Shown here piece by piece: positions 13,623 through 26,440 of a stretch of DNA of 64,000 nucleotides; position 1 is the stretch's first letter; each line of letters opens with the position of its first letter. The notes under the pieces are model-generated. The model ran no database searches and had not been told where the DNA came from. It worked only from the letters and a program-made list of their open reading frames with translations. The stretch lies in assembly GCA_964016885.1 (NCBI GenBank), contig OZ024743.1, forward strand, positions 43,958,001 to 44,022,000. The letters run 5' to 3'. Made by a program: the position numbers and the translations under genes. Source of the stretch: Eledone cirrhosa. Lineage: Eukaryota.

Positions 13623-14042
13623 AGAGGGTGTAACTTGGAGTTACTCCAGGTTCACCCGGCAGAGCACTTGATGTTTAGGTTCACTTCTGGGATGAGGTGT
13701 AGAGCTATACAGAGTGTAATATATTGACAGGATAACAAGTGCGATTGGTTACACCTTCATTACATTTATTGGTAGGTGACGCGCGTTTCGCCACTGATCA
13801 GCTCAAGGTTCGATCCTTCCCGACTCAATGATCTGCAGCTCAAGGTTCGATCCTTCCCGACTCAATGATCTGCAGCTCGACGGACCCTTTAAAATGCTAT
13901 GAGTAAATAGCATTTTAAAGGGTCCATTGAGTCGGGTAGTATCGATAAAGATCGAACCTTGAGCTGATCAGTGGCGAAACATGCGTCACCTACCGATAAA
14001 TGTAATGAAGGAGTAACCAATCGTCCTTGTTACCCTTGTAAT
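13620..14042. mobile_element. Fold-back module in (TA)n with an HHR-like fold
   Basis: Inverted arms ~13725-13899 and ~13907-14042, with a 37-nt tandem duplication at 13801-13874. GAAAC GCGC GTC on minus and GAAAC ATGC GTC on plus. Confidence 0.8.
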
Positions 14043-14091
14043 ATATATATATATGTGTGTGTGTGTATATATGTATATACATATATATATA

Positions 14092-14162
<71 letters not shown>

Positions 14163-14165
<3 letters not shown>

Positions 14166-14325
14166 AAGGCGGGTAAAATTCCCGAGATCCATGGACGAGT
14201 TCTCTCCAGCGGTCTCTGTCCCTCATTATCGCTGCCATGTCCTGCGTCTCCAATAAACCAGTGTCTGTCCTTAGGGCATGAACATACGTTAACCTTGGTC
14301 TTCCTCTTCTAGTGTGTCCATGATT
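14163..14325 (-). mobile_element. 3' end of an RTE-type LINE
   Basis: RRGRPRLTYVHALRTDTG...[11 protein letters not shown] is the typical RTE-group ORF C-terminus, followed by (TA)n. Confidence 0.7.
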
Positions 14326-14538
14326 CAAGTTCCTCAGAGAAATAACAACACTACCAGGAGCCGGATATATCGATGAATTGACGGAGTAAAACACACTTCA
14401 ACATGTGTACCTGTCTTTCCCACACAAATTCGCACTGTCTGAAGAGGTCACAGCCAATGATGGCTGTCACGGATGTATATATAGCAGTATATCTATGATG
14501 TGTATTAAACGAAGCCAAATGTTGCATATTTAACTTAA

Positions 14539-14545
<7 letters not shown>
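14320..14545 (+). mobile_element. Diverged family A Penelope pLTR fragment with a decayed HHR
   Basis: Homologous to 21520-21730. ACTGT CTGAAGA GGTCACAGCC..GGCTGTCAC with GAAA mutated, then GCAGT. Confidence 0.7.
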
Positions 14546-14569
<24 letters not shown>

Positions 14570-14585
14570 CAGACACACACACAGA

Positions 14586-14697
<112 letters not shown>

Positions 14698-14756
14698 GCA
14701 CAGAGTGCTCTACCACTACAGATATTACCTTCCAGTGGTCCACCACTATATATATA

Positions 14757-14880
14757 TATTAAAATAACAGATTAATGTTAAAGCAAAGAATCGCTATTTC
14801 ACCATTAACGGGATCTTCTGAAACTAAGGATGAATGCAGCGATTCTTTGCTTAAACTGTAATCTGTCATTTCAATAAATA
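14757..14880. mobile_element. Small fold-back HHR module, family C
   Basis: A minus-strand HHR copy (core CAGAAGA at 14814-14820) is joined to a plus-strand 3' half. Homologous to 31315-31404 and 22081-22142. Confidence 0.75.
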
Positions 14881-14974
14881 TTTGCTCTAGGGTTCTTAGA
14901 TATTTATATATTTGATGTATATATTTATCCTTATCGATCCCTCTTTGGATTTTAGTCTTCACATTTATTATTAT

Positions 14975-15082
<108 letters not shown>

Positions 15083-17113
15083 GCAAAACGTAAACAATGG
15101 TAACAAAGCAGACGACACAGTGTAATGACGAAATATATTTACTTAATATAGTAAGTAAAGTACAAGGTTTCGGATATTAGTCCTTCTTCAGGAGATATAA
15201 TGAAATATAATAGATGAAGTAGATAGATACCATCTGAAAAAAATGAAGGAACAGAAACAATATTTAGGACAAAACACGTATATAGTTTACATAAATAAGG
15301 TGATATCAGTCTTTTATTAATATATTAATCACAATGATACTTATTGTTTCCCTATGTGGTGTACATAAGAATAATTAGATTATACGAAACTATAAATATA
15401 AATATATATTTATACATGCATACAATCAATTCGTTTCAATTAAAACATCATAAATTATGTTTTTTTACCGGCTGGATATAATAAATCATATATTTACTTC
15501 TATGAGCTTTCCAGAATTCGCTATATATTACATCGGTTGAGATATTTAAAATTAGAACCAAAGAATATGTTTATACATCTCAAAATACCAAATCAGTAAG
15601 CCTTATGAAATAGATTTATTCATCCACCATTTTAGGATACACATCTCTAAACAAACTCACCAGAATATTATATGCCTTAAATCCTTCTCATATAGGTTTA
15701 GGTGGGCATTCATTTGGCAATGTTATGAACACACGCATTCTAGCCATGACTACAATTTCCAACGCCTCACCCTTTTAAGGAAGGTAGTATTAATTTTAGA
15801 GTATTTTCGTTTCTATTTCTGACATAGGAGCTTCCTAATTGACTCAAATAATTCAGTCCCCGTCTTTCATTTCCTTAATTTGTCTAATTTGAAATAATTA
15901 ATAATTAAGTTTGAATAGATAGTTTTTGCCTTACAGTATTTACTCATTTCCAATTACATCCTCTTTGCAGTTTTGACTTTCCATTTCATATTTCTGCAAT
16001 CATGCCAGATTTACCGATCAAGTATTGGAAGTTATCTAATAAACTGTGATTTTACTCCACATATTATCTTCCATCTGTTTGAAATTCATAATTAAATATT
16101 AAAGCTCCAGGGAGCAATATAAATGATATAGAGCCAACTTCAATACAAGGAAAATCAAAACTAACCCAACAGGGATATTTAACATTTGAAATCAAAGTTC
16201 AAATTCCATTTTTGTTTTCATTTATACCTGTTTTAGTCTATGTGATTTATAATTATCGTATATATATTTATTCTTTAATTTTACCAAGGTAAAATTATAA
16301 ATAAGTGTAATTAAATCATTAATCATTATGTAATTATAATTATCCTGTTAATGACCTGAATAAACACTAGTTAGCGTTTTACTGCAGGCACTTATAGTAG
16401 TTGTTTATGTTACCATTAATATTCACTTCGATTTCCCTTCCAATATATATTATCACTAAAGCAAATTATTGTTGTTTAATCAGCAAAGTCAATGACACTC
16501 TGATGGTGTGCATATACGTATTTTACTGTTTATTTGAATAAACATGTGAGACGAATACGGATATTTAAAAACATGCACTGTTGTAATATCTAGTCAGCTT
16601 CTTTTATACATTTATTAACGTTTTTTTTTATGTCTAACCTCTTTTAAGCTTGTTTTACATTAACCTTTTTCAATCATCAGCGGGGTAACAATAGTGTTGC
16701 TAGGGGGTTTGTCACTAAAGCATGTGATATATGGTTCTGCGTGAATTTGTCTTACTTTTTCAGGCGAAATTAAAGAGCCAAATGACGTTGTAACAAGTTG
16801 ATTTTAGCGCTATAGTATAAAATACTGACGTGTAAATCTCATATAACCGTCATTGCTGGTCAATTTTGAAGTTGATATATGTTAAATGTTAATTCAGAAA
16901 TATAACATTTTCTGAGAATAGGAAATAAACTTATTTAAAAGTATAAATGACTGAACAGAAATGTTTACCTATATAAATAAATTATTATTTGTTTTATCCA
17001 GTGAGGTGGGGTGTAAGTATTCTTCGTTAAAATGTAAAGCCGATTTGATATTTCAAGCATTATGCATACTAACTGACTGAGTCTTCATATTCTGAAATCC
17101 ATGAGAGCATCCA

Positions 17114-17250
<137 letters not shown>

Positions 17251-17659
17251 TGGGTGTTTTCGTGTGAGTACCTAGTGTTTATTGAATAATGTACGGTATG
17301 TTTATCAGAAACATTTCATGGCCATTTGCTATGAATTTTTAAGGTTGTAACCAACCTCACACACCTAACCTCAGCAAAAGCAGGGCGAAGTAATCGACAA
17401 CGCATTATTTCTCGCTCTTTTGTGCTTATCAAGACTACATGTCTCTCCACGTCTGCTGAGGTTAAGATAAGCTATTATCTTATAGATTTTTGCTTATGTT
17501 TACAGGCTGCTGAAATTCATTTGCTTACACAGCGGTAGCCACCCTATATAAACTTTAAACTTAAGACCGCCCGGCTACCATTCCTTATGCAAATGCGTTT
17601 CATCAGCACGTAAACATAAATAAAATATATTTATTTTGTATGTTGCTATGCTGGAGTAT

Positions 17660-18190
17660 CACTACAAATTGTGCGATATATCACAGAGATGATAGGGTAT
17701 AATCCTAGATTCGATGAGGATCTGATTAATTTAGATCAAACGAAGATTTTTGATATGGTTAACCATCGATACGTGGCGGCTGTCCTCAAGGAAGCTGGCA
17801 TCGGCCCCCTCTACAGGAGCTGGATCTCTGAAATGCACAGCTGTATCTGTTCGGTCGCCAATGTTAATGGCATCTTTCAGAAATGTTTCAAACCTCCCGA
17901 TCAGTCCCTTAAGGGTGCCTTCTCTCCACCCTTCTGTACGCATTGACTCCGGAGCCATTACTGCAGAAGCTGAAGCTGTTGCAGGGCATCGTGCACGAAC
18001 CGGAAAGAGGAAATGCTGTGTCGGCATATGCGGATGACATCATCGTGATGGTATCGAACACCGGTAATCGAGATGGGCGGCACCAACTTGGAGGAATATG
18101 ATAGTTTGAAAGGAGCAAAACTAAACACGGAAAAGTCAGTGGGTTTACAGTTCGGCACATGGAGAGGCAAGTCCATGCCGTCCAACGAGT
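17660..18190 (+). mobile_element. L1/Tx1-type LINE RT fragment
   Basis: LINLDQTKIFDMVNHRY, GCLLSTLLYA and SAYADD. Clearly homologous to the Tx1 RT at 62950-63450. Confidence 0.85.
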
Positions 18191-18319
18191 TAAACTAATA
18201 TATATATATCATTATTGTGCCACCTGATTCCCGTGTGTTGGATTTTTCGTTGAATGTTCGCATACACAAATATGTCTTTACACACACACAACACACGCAT
18301 ACACAAACACAGAGGCACA

Positions 18320-18440
<121 letters not shown>

Positions 18441-18449
18441 TGCATATAG

Positions 18450-21322
18450 ACGACAAATCAGGGCATTGTATACACGACTCCAGCCGCAAGATTTCGAAGT
18501 GTATCCTTCCATATTTACCAATTTACCGGCCGGGTACTAGGCGCACTAACACAGCCAGCCATCACCAAAACACGCTGTCTGCACGTATAGATCGCAGTCC
18601 CCCAAAATCTGCCAACATTCCCAACGTGAGAGGCTATGTCTGCTGACCGACTGTCCCTTTACTCATCTTCCTGGCACACAACGCACGAACAGAAAAGGGG
18701 CTTCATGCCAACCCACAAACCACATAAAGCCACCCCCTGCTGCGGTAATACTGCTCCAGTCTCCTCACAAAGACATGATTACAACAACAAAAACAACAAA
18801 AGTAATGCTGCTCCAGTCTTGTCACAAAGACACGATCACAACAACAACAAATACAACAACAAAAATAACGCTGCTCCAGTCTTTTCACAAAGACACAATT
18901 ACAACAAATACAACAGAAACAACAAAAGAGGGAACTGCAACCCTATCCGATGTTGTAACCACAAATCCAATCAAAAACTGCTTCCTGAACAAAAAGAAAA
19001 TCTTTCTTGTTTAGCCATGAAACTGGCAAAAGAGATAGAGAAAAACATTTTAGCCATCACCCAACACCAACCTTGCTGTCACTAACACACAATCACAAAA
19101 CAAGCTCCCTGCAACAGTCAAAACCAGCCACCATACTAGCCTCCACATTCTTACTGAATACACAAGCTATCAGCCGATCGATCAATGCACAAAAATGGAA
19201 GATCCAATTCATTGAGTATTGGGTTGGTAACCATCCATTTCACATCCCCTTCTTCATTCTTACTGAGACCCACATTGACATCTCCCACTTGGAGGCCGAA
19301 GTAAGAGTGAGTAATTTCACAACCATCCGTGCGGATCGTGTTGGCAGAAGGAAGGGTGGAACTGCCATTTTCCTGCATGATTCCTTTACGGCAGATGGCA
19401 ACCCAACATTCTCTAATGGATACTGTGAGTCAGTCACTGTGTACAATAAATCCAATGACCTGACATTAGTTTGGCTCTATAGGCCACCACAAACACCCAT
19501 AATCTGTTTCAAAGAATGCCTGAACAGTATTAAATGCTTTATTAAACAGTGCCATTCTAGCAACATACTTTTGATGGGAGACTTTAATCTACCCTGTGTC
19601 GATTGATCTACATGTAGTTTGAAACCAGGCTCCACAGCCTCAACCACTGACAAAGAGGCTGTCGAGTCACTTCTTGACTTCATGAATGAGTTTTTCTTGT
19701 CCCAACTTGTCCTTGCACCAACGAGGCATCATAATAACATTCTAGATCTAGTGTTTAGTAAACACACTAACACTATACATAATATTACAGTGGAAAAAAC
19801 CATTCTCTCAGACCATGACATGGTTCTTTGTAACCTGAGATTCCACCAGCCGAAAGCTAATCCCAGGGTCCTCTCTCCAGCCCACCCACTTGATAAAAAG
19901 GATCTCCACAATGCCAACTGGGATGCAATTATGAACGAACTATCACATGTCGACTGGTCTTTTACACACGCACACACTTCCACCAACATCAAAACATCTT
20001 GGCAGATTTTTGTAGACACTATCACAAATATATGTACAAAACACACCCCACCAAAACCTGTGAACAAAACCAAGTGCAGTATGCCCCAAAACAGAAAAAC
20101 AATTATCAGAAAAATAAAAAGAACAAACAAAAAAATTAACACACTAAAATACTGCCAACAGCAACACACACATTCAATGGCTATCACCCTGCTTGAGTCA
20201 AAAAAATGTAACCTCCGGCAATGCATGATGACCATCATCAATAACCAGAGAATAGCTGAACAGAGGTGGGCCATACATAAAATCAAACTCAACCCCAAAG
20301 TTGTCTTCTCATTCGCTAAAAAACACAAGGTCACCGTCTCCACTGTTGGCCCCTAGTTCATGAAAATGGCACACTCCAGGACAATGCCAAAGCCATGGGC
20401 GAGATACTGCAGAAACAGTACTGCTCTGTTTTCAACAACCCTGTTATGGCCGATCTGGGCCGTATCCGTGATATTAACTCCCAACACACTATATCAGACA
20501 TAACGTTTGGCGGCCCTGGTGTCTTAGATGCAATTAACGAAATTAAACACAATTCAGCAGTAGGCCCCGATAGGTTCCCTGCTTGTGTCCTGAAGGTGTG
20601 TCGACACCAACATGCAACTCCTCTTGCTAATCTGTGGAGGATCTCACTGGACACTGGCTATATTCCGTTCTGTCCCAGTCCGTTGTCCCAGTCTTCAAAA
20701 AGGGAAATAGATCCCTTGCAGTGAACTACCGTCCGATCTCACTCAGCTCTCATATTATCAAGGTATTTGAGAGGGTGGTGAGATCACGAATACCCACTTT
20801 CTTGAAAGCAACGGCCTGCTGAAATTCAACCAACATGGATTCCGTAATGGAAGTGACTGCCTAACGCAGCTCCTGCATCACTTTGAGGATGTTTTGAGAG
20901 CCTTGGGGAGGGCTCCAGAACTGATGTCATCTACCTTGATTTCAGCAGGGCCTGCAACAGGGTTGATCATAAGATTCTACTGAAAAAACTATCCAATGTT
21001 GGTGTCTCTGGAAGGTTACTACAGTGGATCAAATGTTTCCTGACAGGCAGAACCCAGCATGTTGTAGTCGAAGGAGTAAATTCAAGCCCTGCCAAAGTCA
21101 GCAGTGGCGTCCCACAAGGCACAGTGATGGGCCCACTTCTTTTCATCATCTACATTAATTACATTACTGACATCATCAAACACATCAACATCAGAATCTT
21201 CGCAGATGATTCCAAGCTCCAAAGGCTCATCAATGAGGTGGTTAACCGGACTTGCCTTCAGTCAGACCTACTGGCTGTTATCCAATGGGCAGAGATGAAT
21301 AATATGCTGTTGAATGAGGATA
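18450..21322 (+). mobile_element. CR1-group LINE (ORF1 remnant, APE and RT), 3'-truncated
   Basis: Cys/His-rich ORF1 remnant with three ~57-60 nt repeats (18750-18920). APE motifs ILTETH, RADR..RKGG.AI, LYRPP, LMGDFNLP, NILDLVF and SDH. RT motifs NYRPISL, SGVPQGTV.GPLLF and FADDSKL. Frameshifted, and cut at ~21322 by a Penelope pLTR. Confidence 0.92.
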
Positions 21323-21324
21323 TA

Positions 21325-21835
21325 TTGACTCCAACAATTACACCACTACCAACATAAGAATAGAGGTCAGATGTACCTAACAATAACAAGAACAACAACT
21401 ACAGATTCGCTTGCCTCAGAACGAATTTCTATATATTTTGACTGAGGAATGTTCTAACAACTGACGATTGAGAGCCGAAGGGGCCCTTTGACGCTGAAAT
21501 TCGTTTGTTTAAATTCATAGGATTCCAGTTTCTCACAGAAATAACAACCCAACCAGGAACTGGGCATAGCAGAGTATTGACAAAGTTATACACCTCAACA
21601 ACATGTGTACTCGTCTCTACCACACTAATTCGGACTGCCTGAAGAGGTCACAGCCAAAAGTGGCAGTCTCCGAAATATATATAGCAGTAATAAACGAAGC
21701 CACATTTCAAACATTTGACTTATTTATTTTATTTTATTATACATCACCCCGGTGTAACAAAACCAACCTGCGAACTTCGTCGAGTGCCCCAATCTGCATA
21801 CTGATGTGTTGGTATACAACCAACATATACTCAAT
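21325..21835 (+). mobile_element. Family A Penelope pLTR (solo copy)
   Basis: Homologous to 23450-23940 (reverse) and 25855-26270. Contains an HHR. Confidence 0.85.
21634..21688 (+). ncRNA. Type I hammerhead, family A
   Basis: ACTGC CTGAAGA GGTCACAGCC AAAAGT GGCAGTCTCC GAAA TATATA TA GCAGT. Confidence 0.85.
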
Positions 21836-21903
21836 ATATATATATATATGCCATGACTGAATTATAACCATCAACATAGTCAAGGTATGTCAGGCATCAA
21901 CTC

Positions 21904-21967
21904 ATATTATCTGATGAGGGCGTACTGTTGAAATAGCTCAGTACCGCTGAAATATGTATAATAATAT
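21904..21967 (+). ncRNA. Type I hammerhead, family B
   Basis: ATATTAT CTGATGA GGGC GTACTG..CAGTAC CGCT GAAA TATGTA TA ATAATAT, stem I 7 bp. Confidence 0.85.
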
Positions 21968-22080
21968 ATATTTTATCACATGAATGCCTATATTTATTAA
22001 TATTTTGATTTAATATATATATATGTATATAATGTATATATATAAGTATATATATGTATATATATATATATGTATATATA

Positions 22081-22142
22081 TTTATTAAAATAACAGATTA
22101 AAGTTTAAGCAAAGAATCGCTGCTTTCACCCTTAACGGGATC
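22081..22142 (-). repeat. Family C HHR 3' fragment between TA tracts
   Basis: Minus strand reads GA TCCC GTTAA GGGT GAAA GCA..TGC TT AAACT, truncated inside the core. Confidence 0.75.
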
Positions 22143-22170
22143 ATATGTATATGTATATATAAGTATATAT

Positions 22171-22350
<180 letters not shown>

Positions 22351-22376
22351 AACCACAGACCCTCCATCTCAACTCA

Positions 22377-22414
22377 CCTTTTGAAAAGCAGAAGAACTGC
22401 GAAACCGGTAAAGG
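22377..22414 (+). ncRNA. Minimal type I hammerhead with U3-A8 core variant (family G)
   Basis: CCTT TTGAAAA GCAG AAGAA CTGC GAAA CCGG TA AAGG. The module 22347-22490 recurs at 59698-59835. Confidence 0.75.
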
Positions 22415-22558
22415 AACCAAATAAATATATATATTTTTTAAAGAAATAAGACTTCAGTTGCATTTTCGATTTCATCCCTTTTTCTTTATATATATATATA
22501 TATACTTATATATACATATATATATATACTTATAGATACATATATATATATATATATA

Positions 22559-22649
<91 letters not shown>

Positions 22650-22650
22650 T

Positions 22651-22686
<36 letters not shown>

Positions 22687-22714
22687 TATATATACATATA
22701 TATATATATATATA

Positions 22715-22775
<61 letters not shown>

Positions 22776-22894
22776 GTATATATATATATACTTATATATA
22801 CATATATATATACTTAAATATAAGTATGTATACGTACATACACATATGTATACAGACGTAGATTAGTATGTATATATATATGCATACATGTATA

Positions 22895-23036
22895 TATATG
22901 TACGTATGAATTCACCGAACATTTATTATAATGCTCGGTGTGTTTGTAAACAAACATCCCGAATTAAGCCGTACAGTGTCTAGCAACACCGTTGCTCATT
23001 TGTTCAAAACTGACAAAGCAACGTTGTACTAAATTC
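22895..23036. repeat. Dispersed hairpin-rich repeat (copy 1; reverse copy at 43660-43800)
   Basis: CCGAACATTTATTATAATGCTCGG, TGTTTGTAAACAAACA and GAATTAAGCCGTACAGTGT are shared in reverse complement with 43690-43785. Confidence 0.8.
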
Positions 23037-23174
23037 AAGCTTATTAGCTATCGTCAGCAACGTATACCTTCCTGCCAGATGATTGAACGTCTGAAAGTAT
23101 ATACTTTCCTTATGCATATTAACGGCTGAGCAGCCCAATTTGCATATATATATACATATGTATATACATATATA

Positions 23175-23245
<71 letters not shown>

Positions 23246-23249
23246 GTAT

Positions 23250-23411
23250 ATAACTTCAAAATATTAATAAATATAGACATTCATGTGATCAAATATATAT
23301 TATTATACATATTCCAGAGGTACTGAGCTATTTCAACAGTACGTCCTCATCAGATAAAATAAGTTGATGCCTGACATACCTTGACTATGTTGATCGTTAT
23401 AATTCAGTCAT

Positions 23412-23415
<4 letters not shown>
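23250..23415 (-). repeat. Family B HHR module (GAAA mutated to GGAA)
   Basis: Reverse complement of 21850-22010; HHR at ~23298-23358. Confidence 0.8.
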
Positions 23416-23448
<33 letters not shown>

Positions 23449-23586
23449 TGTATATGTTTGTTGTATACCAACACATTAGTATGCAGATTGGAGCACTTGA
23501 CGAAGTGCGCAGGTTGGTTTGGTTACTCCGGAGTGATGTAAAATAAAATAAATAAGTCAAATGTTTAAAATGTGGCTTCGTTTATT

Positions 23587-23641
23587 ACTGCTATATATAT
23601 TTCGGACACAGCCATTTTTGGCTGTGACCTCTTCAGGCAGT
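23587..23641 (-). ncRNA. Type I hammerhead, family A
   Basis: Minus strand reads ACTGC CTGAAGA GGTCACAGCC AAAAAT GGCTGTGTCC GAAA TATATA TA GCAGT. Confidence 0.9.
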
Positions 23642-26166
23642 CCGAATTAGTATGGTAGAGACGAGTACACATGTTGTTGAGGTCAATACTCTGCTAGGCC
23701 CAGTTCCTGGTTGGGTTGTTAATCTCTGAGGAACTGGAATCATATGAATTTAAACAAACGTATTTCAGCTTCTTCAAAGGGCCTCTTCTCCTCTCATTTT
23801 TCAGTTGTTAGAACATTCCTCAGTCAACAGTCTATAGAAATTCATTCTGAGGCAAGCCGATCTGTAGTTGTTGTTCTTGTTATTGTTAGGAACATCTGAC
23901 CTCTATTCTTATGTTGGTAGTGGTGTAATTGTTGGAGTCAGCTCAAAAAAATTATAAAGTGGTAGAAGGAATAACATGGTAAAGGGACAACATAAAATAA
24001 AATGTGTGTGTATGTTATACCCATCTCAATGTTATAAAGATTTGTAAGGTCACTCTTTCAATTGGTCAGTTTTGATAGCATTCCTCATTCCAAAGTCTAT
24101 AGAAATTCTTTCTGGGATGACTCTCCCTGTAGTGTTTGTGTTTGCTATTGTTATGTACATCTGACCTCTAACCTTATTTTATGTAGTGTTTTTGGTGTTG
24201 TGGTCAGCTTATGTCTTGCTGCTGCTGACAATTTAGAAGTATCTGTGTGTGTGTTTCTTAATCCCTCCTGCCACCATCTCCCGTACTGCTGGTGGTGGTG
24301 GTGGTGGGTGTTCTGCCATGTATATGAAGAAATAGAGGCAAGAAAATGAAGAAAACAGAAAATAAACAATAAATAGAGAATAAAGAATAAATGAAAAATT
24401 AATGAAAAAGTAAATGAAAATTAATGGAAAATGAAAATGGAGAATGAAAAATGAAAATGAAAAGTGAAAAATAAAAATGAAGATTCAAATAAAATATGAT
24501 AAAATGTATGTGTGCTATAACCAATCTCAAGGTCAGAAATATGTTGGATAAAGTGGTAGGAGGAACAAGATGGTAAAGAATAAAGCGAAATAAGATAATC
24601 AAATAAAATGTGTGTGTTTTATAACCAATCTCAACATAAATATAAGGTGATAAAGTGAAGAAAACAGAAAACAATAACAAATGAATAATGAGAAATCAAA
24701 AATGAAAAATAAAAAATCCAGTAAAGTAAAATGTGTGTGTGTTATAAAGATGTTGGCCAAATTATAAAGGCTGTGTCAGAATCAATCTCTAGGCTATCAT
24801 GGTGTCTGCTCAGCCAGGGTTGGTCCCTATGGCTTGAGGCGAGTTCCCAACCTATGGTGTTTCTACTGCCTATATAGCTTGAGGGAGGTCTGGCCGAGAG
24901 GTGTCTACATGTTCTGAAGAAGTCCCTATAGCTTGAGGGGAGTTCACATCTTATTGTGTTGCTATTGTGCATATATCTTGAGGAAGATCCCGGCCCTGAG
25001 GTGTCTGCATGTCCTGAATAAGTCGGTCCTGAGGTTTATCAGGCCGCATCCACCTCCTAGTATCTCGAGTATCTCGTTCAGACATAGTTTGCATATGCAA
25101 GATCCCCCTTTATCGGGTGGTACATTCTTGATTATGGACCAGGCCAGAGAGTACGGGGTCCTGTCCAGCTTAAGCTTCCAGATCAGGTCCGAGAGAGCCG
25201 TACTTTTCCTTTTGGCCTCCTTATTGAAGGAATGGGGTTGGTTATACCAGCGGTCTTTAAAGCTCGTTGATGTGACTCCTATGTCGGGGTGTTCTGAGTT
25301 GGGGGTTTTAACCCTACAACCGTATACTAGGTTCTTCTTAAGGCATTCATTACCAAGAGGGCATGATTCGGGGTTTCTGCAGTTTCAGTGGGTGGTGTGA
25401 GCACTGGGTCCCCCTTCTCTCCTTTCACATGGTTCTGCTGAGTGCTTGTATTGCCATCTTCTGGTTCTGGGTGGTTTTTAAGCCTACTCCTGTTGATGCT
25501 AGCTATGTGTTGGGCCATATTTCTCGTGGTGGAATACGAGAGCTTCACAGTGTGTCTGTTGAAGATTTTGTGGTATCTATGGTTGCTCGAGAAGCATTTA
25601 TCAAATACCAAAATAAGGGTAGAGGTCAGATATACTTAACAATAGCAAACACAAACACTACAGGGAGCCTCACCCCAGAAATAATTTCTATAGACTTGTG
25701 ACTGAGGAATGCTCTCAAAACTGACCAATGGGAAGAGTGACCTTACAAATCTTTATAACATTGAGATGGGTATAACACACACACACATTTTATTTTATTT
25801 TATTTTGTCCCTTTACCATCTTATTCCTTCTACCACTTTATCATTTTTTTGAGCTGACTCCAACAATTACACCACTACCAACATAAGAATAGAGGTCATA
25901 TGTACCTAACAATAACAAGAACAACAACTACAGATCGGCTTGCCTCAGAATGAATTTCTATAGACTTTTGACTGAGGAATGTTCTAACAACTGACAAATG
26001 AGAGGAGAAGAGGCCCTTTGAAGAGGCTGAAATACGTTTGTTTAAATTCATATGATTCCAGTTCCTCAGTGAAATAAGGACCCAACCAGGAACTGGGCAT
26101 ACCAGAGTATTGACAAAGTTATACACCTGAACAACATGTGTACTCGTCTCTACCACACTAATTCGG

Positions 26167-26221
26167 ACAGCCTGAAGAGGTAACAGCCAAAAATGGCTGT
26201 CACCGAAATATATATAGCAGT
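26167..26221 (+). ncRNA. Type I hammerhead, family A
   Basis: ACAGC CTGAAGA GGTAACAGCC AAAAAT GGCTGTCACC GAAA TATATA TA GCAGT. Confidence 0.85.
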
Positions 26222-26387
26222 AATAAACGAAGCCAAATTTTAAACATTTGACTTATATATTTTATTTTATTTTATATATATATATATATTGTCAATTTGA
26301 TGGACATGAGAATTACTTATCGCTTATAATAACGTGTTTATTAAAGAGATTGTATTAAAGCCTGGTCACATTCCCCACACTTGATAT

Positions 26388-26437
<50 letters not shown>

Positions 26438-26440
<3 letters not shown>

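Larger units (their letters stand above)
23450..26275 (-). mobile_element. Penelope-like element 1: 5'-truncated ORF (linker + GIY-YIG) with a 3' pLTR and an inverted 5' pLTR
   Basis: Minus strand 24790-25611 encodes HRYHKIFNRHTVKLSYSTTRN, a Cys-rich linker, IGVTSTSFKDRWYNH (GIY-YIG-like) and CILCKLCLNE. pLTR A lies on minus at 23450-24750 and as an inverted copy on plus at ~25606-26275. Confidence 0.88.

Noticed and set aside
15150-15200. Minus-strand CTGAAGA AGGA CTAATA TCC GAAA CCTTG TA
   Set aside because: The core and stem II look HHR-like but stem I cannot pair. It may be a decayed copy, but it is not supportable.
15300-17050. Possible decayed coding sequence on the minus strand
   Set aside because: Only short interrupted frames with no motif I recognise.
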